This document shows, piece by piece, positions 10,124-19,698 of a stretch of 64,000 bases of DNA (positions within the stretch are counted from its first letter, which is position 1; every line of letters begins with the position of its first letter). The notes beneath the pieces are model-generated. The model saw only the letters and a program-made list of their open reading frames with translations. It was not told the DNA's origin and made no database searches. A program made the position numbers and the translations under genes. The stretch is from an uncultured Flavobacteriaceae bacterium (lineage in GTDB: Bacteria; Bacteroidota; Bacteroidia; Flavobacteriales; Flavobacteriaceae). The stretch is from NCBI GenBank assembly GCA_938073895.1, contig CALJFB010000004.1:23534-87533 (forward strand), given 5' to 3'.

Positions 10124-10217
10124 ATTCTTTATATTTTAAAATTTTTAGTAAATATAAGCTTATATTTATATATAAAGCAATAGATAATTTTAGTTTGCAT
10201 AAACAGATTTTCTGCAT

Positions 10218-10248
10218 AAAAAAAGTCTATACTTTCGTATAGACTTTT
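10218..10248 (-). terminator. Intrinsic terminator of tRNA-Tyr
   Basis: Minus strand AAAAGTCTATAC-GAAA-GTATAGACTTTTTTT. Confidence 0.9.
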
Positions 10249-10255
10249 AATATTG

Positions 10256-10337
<82 letters not shown>

Positions 10338-10348
10338 GAAGCCGGTTG

Positions 10349-10356
10349 CAAATATA
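10349..10356 (-). promoter_or_regulatory. -7 promoter box for tRNA-Tyr
   Basis: TATATTTG-CAAC, 11 nt upstream of the tRNA 5' end. Confidence 0.75.
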
Positions 10357-10379
10357 TTATATGTTATCTAAAAAACAAG

Positions 10380-10409
10380 AAAAACTTCTCGAAATTTCAA
10401 GAAGTTTTT
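10380..10409 (-). terminator. Terminator of the GLPGLI/beta-barrel operon
   Basis: AAAACTTCT...AGAAGTTTT inverted repeat just after the stop at 10433. Confidence 0.65.
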
Positions 10410-10432
10410 CTTTAAAAATAAAACTACTAATT

Positions 10433-13144
10433 CTACAGGTTATAAATAGCTCTAATAGTAACAAATCTTGGCTGTATAAAATACTCTGAAGCACTTACAG
10501 AAAGGTTTGATGCACTAGATTGATTTTGAGAACTTGTATCTAATAAATTGGTTGCCTTCAATTCAAATTCCCATTTAGAATCTTCGTCTTTTCTAAAAGC
10601 TAATGAAGCATTCCAAAATTCAAAAGTATTTAATGAAGCTGATTCATTTCTAAAATCGTTAAATGTATAATCTGTTTTAAATGTAAACGTTTTAAATATT
10701 AAAGCATCTAATTCTATAGAAGGTGCATGTGTATAAAACTTAGTTCTTGATTGACCTTGATCGTTATCTTGAATTCTATAATTATAAATTAGCCCAAAAT
10801 TTGGTGCTGATCTAAAATTAGAACTAAAATCAAGTTTGTAATTCTGTGTGTAATTCTCGTTAATAGAAACGTTACCATTAACTAATTGATTAAACTTTGA
10901 ATAGTTAAGTGAACCTCTAAGAGATGCTTTTAACTTTCCAAAAGTTCTTTGAAAACGACCACTTGCTGTTAAGTTTTCGTCTGAAAAATTAGAATTAAAT
11001 GGACTACTAACATTAACAACACTTCCTGGACTAAACTGAGATTGATTTCTAATATTATCAACACTTTTAGTATAACTTATTGTTCCAAAAACATTGGTGT
11101 AATTAAACATATTAAAACTAGAATAAAATAAGTTCAAATTATGAGATAAAGAATTTTCCAACAATGGATTTCCAGACTTTAAAGAGTTATAATTATTTAA
11201 AACTAAACCTTGCGCTAATTGAGAGACATCTGTAAACTGATTTTGCATTCGATAGTTTAATGTAATTTGCTCGCTATTTTTTAATTGCATTCTAACATTA
11301 AAATCTGGCAATAAACGTGTAAATGTTTGGCTAAAGTCTTGTCCAAATTGCTCTGTGTTTAGTGAAAAGGCATGTGCAGAAAACCCAGGTGTAAATGTAA
11401 AAATACCTGCTTTTAATCTGTAATGCAATCCTAAATAAATATCACTAAAATTGTAAGTTGTATTATTTCCTACTAACCCATTATTTATTGTTGGTGTTGG
11501 ATTAATTACAGAACCATCGTCTAGGGTTTGAAAAATATTACTATCAAAATCTTGTCTGCTCAAAATAGTTCCAAAAGTTAAATTAATATCACTTTTTTTA
11601 CTTAAAATATTCCAGTAATCTAGCTTAGCATCTAATTGATTAGACTTTACTCGTCTGTCTTGCCCTATATTGTAACCTGTTTGAAATTTGTCTAAACCTA
11701 AAGCATCTGCTGTAGAATCGTAATTTAATTTATCTTCTAAAAAAGAATTATAAAAAGGGTCTTCATCTGATATTAAATGTTGAGCGTTTAGTGCAAAAAT
11801 GTTTTTTTCGTTTAAAGTATAATAGTAATCTAAATTTTGATTTATACTAAATGGAGTACTAGATTCTAACTCGTTTACATTTCCTATTACAGAAGACGCA
11901 ACATTTTGTGTTTGAGATTCTTTAGATAGTCTTCCTAAAATCTCGTAATCTAATTGATTGTTACTATTTGGCTTGTAACTAGTGTTTAGCTTTAACATTC
12001 CTAAATCACTTTTTTGGTGTGTTAAACTTTCTGTATTCTCATTTGGAATACCTAACGTTTGATCTGTAAATACACGACTATTATTTTCTTGTAGATCTAT
12101 ACGACTGCTAGAAAATATACCAAATCCACCAATATCTAACTTCTTATTAGGTGATACACTAAAGTTAGCGGCTCCAAATTTAGTGTTAATATCTTTTGCC
12201 TTATTATTTTGTAGTTGTAAGAAACTTAAGCTATTGTTACCAAGGTTTAAGTTAGTACCACTACTTTGGCTAGGTGCATTAAAACCTCCAGTAAAATTAA
12301 AATAATCTCTTCTAGAAAAAGCGACTTCGCCTAAATTATTTAAATCTCCTATAACGTTAATGCTATATTTAGGGCTGTAATAAAATAATTTTGGTTGTGC
12401 TAAATACAAACCATTTGGATCTGCTATTCCAGATCCAGCAGTTATTGTTCCAAACCAAAAATTCTTTTTACCGTCTTTAAGTTTAATATTAATTGCAATA
12501 TTGTCTTGGTTGTTTTTTACACCACTTAATTGACCTACTTCTGCATAGTTTTTTAAAACCTGCACTTTATCTACAGCATTTGCAGGAATATTTTTAGTGG
12601 CAAGTTTAGAATCTCCATCAAAAAAATCTTTTCCTTCAACCATTACTTTCCCCACTACTTTTCCTTCAACTTCAATCTGTCCTTCGTCATTAATCTCAAC
12701 TCCTGGTAGCTTTTTAAGTACATCTTCTAGCTTACGTTCCGTACCATTTTTAAAAGAGTCTGCATTATAGATTAATGTATCTCCGCTAATTGTTACAGGC
12801 ATTTCGTAAGTTAATTCTACTTGATCCAAGCTATTATCTTCCTTTAAAACAAAGGTTTTATCCATGTTTTCTGACTTAGTCTGCATTATTATATCGGCAG
12901 ATTTCATTCCTATATAACTTACTTGAATATTGTAAGATGTATTTTCTTCTAAATTAAGTTTAAAGCGACCTTTATCGTTAGTAATAGCGTAAGAGTCCAT
13001 CTTTTTTGTGGCTTGATTAATAGCCACAATATTTGCTAATTCTAAAGGTTCGCCAATACTATCCTTAACAGTACCTTGATATTTTATTTGAGAAAAAGAT
13101 ACAGTTACAACTAGTAGTAGTACCAAAGAAATTAAGTTTTTCAT
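10433..13144 (-). CDS. Outer-membrane beta-barrel protein with N-terminal carboxypeptidase-regulatory-like domain (TonB-dependent-receptor-like)
   Basis: 903 aa; signal peptide; GTVKDS.GEPLE.AN, GDTLIYNADSF, LEDVLKKLPGVE, V.GKDFF.GD.KLATKNIPA; C-terminal YFIQPRFV...YNL. Confidence 0.8.
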   Translation of the reverse strand: MKNLISLVLLLVVTVSFSQIKYQGTVKDSIGEPLELANIVAINQATKKMDSYAITNDKGRFKLNLEENTSYNIQVSYIGMKSADIIMQTKSENMDKTFVLKEDNSLDQVELTYEMPVTISGDTLIYNADSFKNGTERKLEDVLKKLPGVEINDEGQIEVEGKVVGKVMVEGKDFFDGDSKLATKNIPANAVDKVQVLKNYAEVGQLSGVKNNQDNIAINIKLKDGKKNFWFGTITAGSGIADPNGLYLAQPKLFYYSPKYSINVIGDLNNLGEVAFSRRDYFNFTGGFNAPSQSSGTNLNLGNNSLSFLQLQNNKAKDINTKFGAANFSVSPNKKLDIGGFGIFSSSRIDLQENNSRVFTDQTLGIPNENTESLTHQKSDLGMLKLNTSYKPNSNNQLDYEILGRLSKESQTQNVASSVIGNVNELESSTPFSINQNLDYYYTLNEKNIFALNAQHLISDEDPFYNSFLEDKLNYDSTADALGLDKFQTGYNIGQDRRVKSNQLDAKLDYWNILSKKSDINLTFGTILSRQDFDSNIFQTLDDGSVINPTPTINNGLVGNNTTYNFSDIYLGLHYRLKAGIFTFTPGFSAHAFSLNTEQFGQDFSQTFTRLLPDFNVRMQLKNSEQITLNYRMQNQFTDVSQLAQGLVLNNYNSLKSGNPLLENSLSHNLNLFYSSFNMFNYTNVFGTISYTKSVDNIRNQSQFSPGSVVNVSSPFNSNFSDENLTASGRFQRTFGKLKASLRGSLNYSKFNQLVNGNVSINENYTQNYKLDFSSNFRSAPNFGLIYNYRIQDNDQGQSRTKFYTHAPSIELDALIFKTFTFKTDYTFNDFRNESASLNTFEFWNASLAFRKDEDSKWEFELKATNLLDTSSQNQSSASNLSVSASEYFIQPRFVTIRAIYNL

Positions 13145-13170
13145 TATTTATTTTTAATTTTAATTAAATA

Positions 13171-14067
13171 TTAGCGTCTTCCACTTTTGCCACCTCTGCG
13201 CCCACCATACATTTCTCGCATTTCTTCCATTTTTTTCTTTACAATATCTTGGTATTCCTTTTTAGTTACTACTTTACCTTTAGTAGGTTCTTTAATAGTT
13301 TCTTTTTGAGATGGATTTAAAGTTATAGAAGAACATAATACTGTTGTCTTACCAGAATTAACCTCTAGAATTAAACCAGGCAAACCAGAAAACTCACCAG
13401 GTCCACTACTTACAGGTACTTGCATTGTATACCAAGCAGTAACCTCTACTTCTTTAGGCATTTCAATATCCTCCATAAAACTAGATGTTTTTATTTTAGT
13501 GGAATCTTTTACAACCTTAGCTTGGTCTTTAGTTTTATCTTTTTTGGGACTTTTACGTCTCATATTTGAAAAATCAAATTCGTCTACAGGTTTCATAGCT
13601 GTTGCTTTAAAACACATGTACTTTCCAATTTGCTTTGTTTCTCCAGACATTTCCCAATCTAGTTTTTGAATAGAATCTATAACCAAAAATTGCTTTCCAA
13701 AAAAATCTTGTTCCTGTTTAATATTTCCTTCTTTAACATTTTTATATTGAGCGCCACCAGTAAAACTTTTCATCATACCGCCAAAACCTCTTCCGCCTCC
13801 AGGTGCATCTAATTGCTCTTCTTCTTTATAAGTAGATTCTGTTTTGCTAAATGTTAACACATACGTTTTCTCTAAAAAACTTTTCATGCGTTCCTGCATC
13901 ATTTTTTTTCTTTCAGGAGATAGTTCTTTTCCGCCCCATTTATCTAAATCTATTGTAGTTTTAGATATGTATGTTGCTTTTCCTTGAAAATCAGATTGGG
14001 AAAACCCTGACATTGTTACTAATGTAAACAATGTGCAAATAGCTAATTTTATTGATAATATTCTCAT
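13171..14067 (-). CDS. GLPGLI family protein
   Basis: 298 aa; signal peptide; IGKYMCFKAT, TAWYT..PV..GP.EFSGLPGLILEV. Confidence 0.93.
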   Translation of the reverse strand: MRILSIKLAICTLFTLVTMSGFSQSDFQGKATYISKTTIDLDKWGGKELSPERKKMMQERMKSFLEKTYVLTFSKTESTYKEEEQLDAPGGGRGFGGMMKSFTGGAQYKNVKEGNIKQEQDFFGKQFLVIDSIQKLDWEMSGETKQIGKYMCFKATAMKPVDEFDFSNMRRKSPKKDKTKDQAKVVKDSTKIKTSSFMEDIEMPKEVEVTAWYTMQVPVSSGPGEFSGLPGLILEVNSGKTTVLCSSITLNPSQKETIKEPTKGKVVTKKEYQDIVKKKMEEMREMYGGRRGGKSGRR

Positions 14068-14088
14068 TTTTATAATTTTTTAAGATGA

Positions 14089-14096
14089 CAAATTTA
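14089..14096 (-). promoter_or_regulatory. -7 promoter box for the GLPGLI operon
   Basis: TAAATTTG on the minus strand, 21 nt upstream of ATG. Confidence 0.65.
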
Positions 14097-14110
14097 GTCT
14101 TATTATAATG

Positions 14111-14132
14111 TAAGACGATATTAAGACGATAT
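14111..14132. repeat. Perfect 11-bp tandem direct repeat (TAAGACGATAT x2)
   Basis: Read directly at 14111-14121 and 14122-14132. Confidence 0.9.
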
Positions 14133-14317
14133 TGTTAAGGCTAAATCTGTTAAATTAGTGTTAAAAAAAATAAAATCATAAAATCTAACCTAAAGTTAAA
14201 AGCTTTAATCGCACTATATTGTGGTAAACAAGTAACGCAAGCATAGAATAATACAAAAAATAAATGCGCGTTCTTTTATTTACAAACTAACGATATAATT
14301 TTTGTAACTTGCTTTTC

Positions 14318-15091
14318 ATGAAAAAAGTACTATTAATTATAAGTCTTCTTATATCTACACTTACCTTTTGTCAAATTAAAGTAGATTTAATAGGCATTAA
14401 TCAATACAAAAGAGATTCTATAATTAGCATAGACAGCTTTACCTTTAAATACTATCTTAATGGTAATAAGTTGAAAAAAGAAAATAAATTTACAACATTT
14501 AATTACAGCAACTTAAAGCTTGGACGTGTTACAAAAGTAGAAGCCTTTAACGCTTTAAAAACATTGGTTCTTTACAGAGATACAAATACTACAGTAATTT
14601 TAGATAATAGATTTGCTGAAATTAGAATTATTGATTTTAATCAATTAAAAGATATAAAGTTAGTTTCTCATATTTCTAATGCTAACAACAATAGCTTCTG
14701 GGTTTTTAACACTATAGAAAACAGATTAGAGCTTTTTGATTATAACCTTTCTGTAACTAAAGCCAAAACAAATCCTATTACGTCAAAAATTATAGATATT
14801 ACAAGCGATTATAATTATGTATGGCTATTAACAGAAACAGATGTTTTATGTTATAATTACGCAGGTAGTTTAATTTACAAGCTACAAAACAATAATTATA
14901 AAGCAATTAAAAACTTTAATGAAAATTTAATCTTACAAAAAGAAAACGTATTATATTTTTATAATAAAGAGACTGAAAAATTAAATTTAATTTCTTTATC
15001 ACATCAACTTATAAATTCGTTTTTTGTATCGCAACAAAACCTTTATATTTGCGAACTAAATAAACTTTACACATACCAACTAAATTATTAA
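14318..15091 (+). CDS. Hypothetical exported protein (beta-strand-rich)
   Basis: Long ORF; ATG at 14318 gives signal peptide MKKVLLIISLL and is preferred to the TTG at 14309; 2 nt before the dNK gene. Confidence 0.7.
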   Translation: MKKVLLIISLLISTLTFCQIKVDLIGINQYKRDSIISIDSFTFKYYLNGNKLKKENKFTTFNYSNLKLGRVTKVEAFNALKTLVLYRDTNTTVILDNRFAEIRIIDFNQLKDIKLVSHISNANNNSFWVFNTIENRLELFDYNLSVTKAKTNPITSKIIDITSDYNYVWLLTETDVLCYNYAGSLIYKLQNNNYKAIKNFNENLILQKENVLYFYNKETEKLNLISLSHQLINSFFVSQQNLYICELNKLYTYQLNY

Positions 15092-15093
15092 AT

Positions 15094-15708
15094 ATGCACG
15101 TTGCAATTGCTGGAAATATAGGCGCAGGAAAAACTACTTTAACAAAATTATTAGCTAAACACTTTAATTGGGAACCGCAGTTGGAAGATGTTGTAGACAA
15201 TCCTTATTTAGACGATTTCTATAACCAAATGGAACGTTGGAGTTTTAATTTACAAGTCTATTTCCTAAATAGTAGATTTAGACAAGTGGCGCAAATTAGA
15301 GAAAGCGGTAAAGATATTATACAAGATAGAACCATATATGAAGATGCACATATTTTTGCACCAAATCTTCATGCCATGGGTTTAATGACTAACAGAGATT
15401 TTGAAAATTACAAATCTCTTTTTAATTTAATGGAAAGTTTTGTAGCTCCACCAGATGTATTAATATACCTAAGAAGTAGCATTCCTAATTTAGTAGCGCA
15501 AATCCATAAGCGTGGTAGAGATTATGAAAACACAATTAGTATAGATTACCTAAGTAGATTAAATGAGCGCTACGAAGCTTTTATACAAGGTTACACAAAA
15601 GGAAAACTTATTATTATTGATGTAGATCATTTAGACTTTGTTGCTAATCCTGAAGATTTAGGAGGTATTATTAATAAAATTGATGCTGAAATAAATGGAT
15701 TATTTTAA
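15094..15708 (+). CDS. Deoxynucleoside kinase
   Basis: 204 aa; P-loop GNIGAGKTT, LQVYFL..RF, QDRTIYED. Confidence 0.93.
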   Translation: MHVAIAGNIGAGKTTLTKLLAKHFNWEPQLEDVVDNPYLDDFYNQMERWSFNLQVYFLNSRFRQVAQIRESGKDIIQDRTIYEDAHIFAPNLHAMGLMTNRDFENYKSLFNLMESFVAPPDVLIYLRSSIPNLVAQIHKRGRDYENTISIDYLSRLNERYEAFIQGYTKGKLIIIDVDHLDFVANPEDLGGIINKIDAEINGLF

Positions 15709-15722
15709 AACAAGATATTATC

Positions 15723-15762
15723 AAAAAAAAGCCTTCTTTATATATAAAGAAGGCTTTTTTTT
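15723..15762. terminator. Bidirectional terminator (perfect 40-bp palindrome)
   Basis: AAAAAAAAGCCTTCTTTATA|TATAAAGAAGGCTTTTTTTT between convergent genes. Confidence 0.88.
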
Positions 15763-15863
15763 GAGTTGTATTATAAGTTATTAGGCAAGACATCTTTAAA
15801 TCTTAGCAGATATTAAAAGCTTTTTTTTAATGATTTATTTTAAATAAGCTTTAAAAATTCTAT

Positions 15864-18353
15864 TTAAAAATAAAAACCAAAACTTCCGGTTATACCAAAA
15901 GCTCTAGATTGTGGTACATTTAAATAATTTCCTCTAAAATTAAAGTCTATTCTAAACACTTTAAATATGTTTGCTATTCCAACGCTATATTCGTAATAAG
16001 CATCTTTGTTTGGAGAATTATATAATAATCCAGATGCATTAATTGCTCTATTTTCTTGAGAAACATCTCCCATAACACCACGAATCCCAATAACTTCTCT
16101 CCAATTTAATTCTCTTAAAAATGGAATTCTTGAAAACAAACGTCCATTAAAATTATGTTCTATATGAAGTGTTACATACTCATCTGATACAAACTCATAG
16201 AAATCTAAGTTAGAAAACGTATTATATATTGAAAAATAAGTTTGGTTTCCAGGAATAACACTTAATAAACCTAAAGGAACTTGTCCAAATGTTTTCCCAG
16301 CTTCTACTATTGTTGTTAGCCTACCAAAACCTCCAATTGCCCATGGCTGTCTATAAGAAAACTGCATTTTAGTGTAGTTAAAATCACCGTTTAATATACT
16401 CTTATCACCTCTTGTTATTTGAGCAAAAAGACTAGCAAAGTCACTGTTTTTAATAGTACGTTCCACACCATAACCTGTCATTTCTCTTTTTGGAAAATAG
16501 GATATAGAAAATGCTGTTTCAAACTGTTTAACTTCGCTTTTTTTGGTGGTTTGAGAAGCATCTGTATAATAGTCAAGACTAAATGTATTAGACGCAGATT
16601 CTAAGGTTCTATAAGTTGTACTTAAACGAGCTACTAAATTTTTAGATGGTTCTAACTCAAAAGCTAGTGAGGTTAGATTAATATTGGTTAATTTATCGTT
16701 TATTCCAGTTCCTACAACAGATGAGGACGCTAAACTACGACCTAAAACATCTGTACTTGTTGTTAAACTAGCTCCAATTTGCTCTACATCTCGTCTATTT
16801 CCTCCAGAGATTATAAATCTGCTTTTTTTATCTATTAACCATTTACCAGAAATACCATATTTAAACTTATTATCTTTAAATCCGTATGCCGTAAAACCTT
16901 CCAAACGCCAAACATCGTTCTGACCAAAATAAGTTCTTCCTCCTGCTCTAAGACGTAAACCTTCTACATCATTAAACCCAAAGGTTGAAAAAACGGGTCC
17001 ATAATCTAAATTTAATTCGTCTAGTTCTATATAGCCAGAAGCTAAAATACTTCCTAAGTTATACAAGCGCTTAAACTTCTTTGTGTTTTTTAAGGAGTCT
17101 AACATAACGTACACGCCTTTTTCGTCTTTGCTTAATTGTTCTAAACGTTTTTCTTCCCAAAAAGCATCATCTTTATTATAGAGTTCCTCATCAAAACTGT
17201 ATACTTTTTGGATATAAAACTCTTTATCCTTTTTAATATCGAATTTATAATTATCGTATAATGTTGTTCGCTTTCCATAAATTCCTTTGGAATCTTCTTT
17301 TTTATTAAAAGCAAAATCACTCATAAAATAATCTCGTTTCATAAGAAAAACAGAATCATTTAAAACTTCAAATTCTTGCTCTATATAAATTTCTTTAACC
17401 CAATTTATGTTGGCACTTTTAGAAGCTTGTAAATTTATTTCTTTTATTGCAAATGTGGTATCCGCAACCCAAAAATCACCTTTAAAAGTCAATTCATTTT
17501 TACGTCTTGGATAGTAAATTATGTTGTAACACCATTTATTATCTCTAAAAGAACTATCTGCCAATACATAATTGTAAGTGTTTATACCAGTTTTAGATAA
17601 AGGACTTGTAAAACTTTTATCGAAGAATTTTAAATAATTATCGTACACATCGTATTCCGAATACAAATCGTCTATAAAGTCTATTATAGTTTGGTTGTTA
17701 TTAAACCCAGAGTTCTTGTTTCCTTTAAGGATTTCTAACTTTTCGTTTGTAACATTATCTCCATAAACCTCGCTAGAAGCTTCGTTTATAAATATTGGCA
17801 AGTAGGTTTTACCAGTAACTTTAGAAGTATCTATTTGATCAAAGACAAATTCCATTCCTCTAAAAAGCTTACTTTTCATGGTGGCACTATCTATGGTATT
17901 TAAATCAAATTCTACTTTTTCGTACTTGTCGTATTCGTATTGTTTATATTTATTTAATCCGTTTGTTCTTTTATTCTGCCAAATTTTACGTAAAATATCT
18001 ATGGCCGGATTATTTTTTTTTGACTGCTTTCCGGTTACTAAAACAACTTCGTTTAGCGAGGCTATTTCTTCTTTTAAAATAATTTTAAGAGCGTAATTGG
18101 CACCTTTTTTAAGTGAATATTCTTTCGTTTCATATCCAACAAAAGAAATTACTAGAGTTTTCCAATCTACATCATCTTCCAGGTAAAACTTACCATTCTC
18201 GTTGGTAATTGTTCCTTTAGCTGAGTTTTTAAATACCACATTTGCAAATGGCACAGAACTATTAAACTCATCAAAGACATAACCACTAACTTTAGTTTGT
18301 GCTAGTGTAATAAATGAGATTAAACTAAATATAAAGAAGAGGTGTTTTTTCAT
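15864..18353 (-). CDS. DUF5686 and carboxypeptidase-regulatory-like domain outer-membrane protein
   Basis: 829 aa; signal peptide; VPFANV, YEYDKYEKVEFD, ELTFKGDFWV, FGFNDVEGLRLR, C-terminal FGFYF. Confidence 0.82.
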   Translation of the reverse strand: MKKHLFFIFSLISFITLAQTKVSGYVFDEFNSSVPFANVVFKNSAKGTITNENGKFYLEDDVDWKTLVISFVGYETKEYSLKKGANYALKIILKEEIASLNEVVLVTGKQSKKNNPAIDILRKIWQNKRTNGLNKYKQYEYDKYEKVEFDLNTIDSATMKSKLFRGMEFVFDQIDTSKVTGKTYLPIFINEASSEVYGDNVTNEKLEILKGNKNSGFNNNQTIIDFIDDLYSEYDVYDNYLKFFDKSFTSPLSKTGINTYNYVLADSSFRDNKWCYNIIYYPRRKNELTFKGDFWVADTTFAIKEINLQASKSANINWVKEIYIEQEFEVLNDSVFLMKRDYFMSDFAFNKKEDSKGIYGKRTTLYDNYKFDIKKDKEFYIQKVYSFDEELYNKDDAFWEEKRLEQLSKDEKGVYVMLDSLKNTKKFKRLYNLGSILASGYIELDELNLDYGPVFSTFGFNDVEGLRLRAGGRTYFGQNDVWRLEGFTAYGFKDNKFKYGISGKWLIDKKSRFIISGGNRRDVEQIGASLTTSTDVLGRSLASSSVVGTGINDKLTNINLTSLAFELEPSKNLVARLSTTYRTLESASNTFSLDYYTDASQTTKKSEVKQFETAFSISYFPKREMTGYGVERTIKNSDFASLFAQITRGDKSILNGDFNYTKMQFSYRQPWAIGGFGRLTTIVEAGKTFGQVPLGLLSVIPGNQTYFSIYNTFSNLDFYEFVSDEYVTLHIEHNFNGRLFSRIPFLRELNWREVIGIRGVMGDVSQENRAINASGLLYNSPNKDAYYEYSVGIANIFKVFRIDFNFRGNYLNVPQSRAFGITGSFGFYF

Positions 18354-18361
18354 ATATGGAC

Positions 18362-18399
18362 AAAAAAAACTTCATTAACAAACCATGTTAATGAAGTTT
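18362..18399 (-). terminator. Intrinsic terminator after pdhB
   Basis: 14-bp stem AAACTTCATTAACA/TGTTAATGAAGTTT with U tract on the minus strand. Confidence 0.85.
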
Positions 18400-18421
18400 A
18401 TATAGCAACGAAAATAATAAA

Positions 18422-19402
18422 TTATTTCTTATACATTACTTTTTTAACAGCTTTAATTACAGAGTTAAAGTCTGGTAACCATTCTGCCAATAAAACTGGA
18501 GAATATGGTGCTGGTGTATCTGCAGTATTTATTTTAACAACCGGTGCGTCTAAATAATCGAACGCTTCAGATTGGACTATGTAAGTTAATTCTGTAGAAA
18601 CATTTCCAAATGGCCAAGCTTCTTCTAACACTACTAAACGATTTGTTTTCTTAACAGATTTTAAAACAGTTTCCTTATCTAAAGGTCTTACAGTTCTTAA
18701 ATCAATAATTTCACATGATATGCCTTCTTCTGCTAATAAATCTGCTGCTTTGTAAGCTTCTTTAATAATTTTACCAAAAGATACAATAGTTACATCTGTA
18801 CCTTCACGTTTAATTTCTGCAACTCCTAAAGGAATTGTGTATTCACCTTCTGGTACTTCACCTTTATCACCATACATTTGCTCACTTTCCATAAAAATAA
18901 CTGGATCGTCATCACGTATTGCAGATTTTAGTAATCCTTTTGCATCGTATGGATTAGATGGCACTACTACTTTTAATCCTGGCGTGTTTGCAAACCAGTT
19001 TTCGAAAGCTTGAGAATGTGTTGCTGCTAATTGTCCTGCAGAACCTGTTGGTCCTCTAAATACAATTGGACACTTAAATTGTCCACCAGACATCTGTCTA
19101 ATTTTTGCGGCGTTATTTATAATTTGATCAATTCCAACTAAAGAGAAATTAAATGTCATGTATTCTACAATTGGTCTATTTCCAGTCATTGTAGAACCAA
19201 TAGCAATACCTGCAAAACCAAGTTCTGCAATTGGTGTATCTATAACACGTTTAGCACCAAATTCGTCTAACATTCCTTTAGATGCTTTATAGGCACCATT
19301 ATATTCAGCTACTTCTTCACCCATTAAGTAAATGCTCTCATCTCTGCGCATTTCCTCACTCATTGCTTCGCAAATAGCTTCTCTAAATTGAATAGTTTTC
19401 AT
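18422..19402 (-). CDS. pdhB: Pyruvate dehydrogenase E1 beta subunit
   Basis: 326 aa; GEEVAEYNGAYK, DTPIAE.GFAG, ATHSQ, IDLRT.RPLD. Confidence 0.95.
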   Translation of the reverse strand: MKTIQFREAICEAMSEEMRRDESIYLMGEEVAEYNGAYKASKGMLDEFGAKRVIDTPIAELGFAGIAIGSTMTGNRPIVEYMTFNFSLVGIDQIINNAAKIRQMSGGQFKCPIVFRGPTGSAGQLAATHSQAFENWFANTPGLKVVVPSNPYDAKGLLKSAIRDDDPVIFMESEQMYGDKGEVPEGEYTIPLGVAEIKREGTDVTIVSFGKIIKEAYKAADLLAEEGISCEIIDLRTVRPLDKETVLKSVKKTNRLVVLEEAWPFGNVSTELTYIVQSEAFDYLDAPVVKINTADTPAPYSPVLLAEWLPDFNSVIKAVKKVMYKK

Positions 19403-19510
19403 GTGTCGTTTTATTTTCTAAAATTAAATCTAAAGTTCTTCACTTTAGATAAACTTATCAAAAGTTACCCAAATTGTAATGCAATATTGGACTCTATTTT
19501 GATTGAAATG

Positions 19511-19518
19511 CAAAAATA
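19511..19518 (-). promoter_or_regulatory. -7 promoter box for pdhB
   Basis: TATTTTTG-CATT on the minus strand. Confidence 0.6.
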
Positions 19519-19563
19519 AGCATAAATAGAAAAAAAACATTAAAAGTTTTATTTAAAATTTAT

Positions 19564-19575
19564 TATGCATGCATA
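19564..19575. promoter_or_regulatory. Palindromic candidate operator TATGCATGCATA
   Basis: Perfect 12-bp palindrome in the divergent pdhB/etfB intergenic region. Confidence 0.45.
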
Positions 19576-19698
19576 GGATATTTTATAAAAATGTTTTAAA
19601 TTCGTAATCTCGTAATTTTTATGCTTTTTATTTTGTAATAGTTTAAAAATAACGGATTTTTACGTAATCATTTTAGATAATCTATTAAAAAAAATTAT

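Noticed and set aside
15723-15762. Perfect 40-bp palindrome as a MITE or recombination site
   Set aside because: A/T tails and position between convergent genes fit an ordinary bidirectional terminator.
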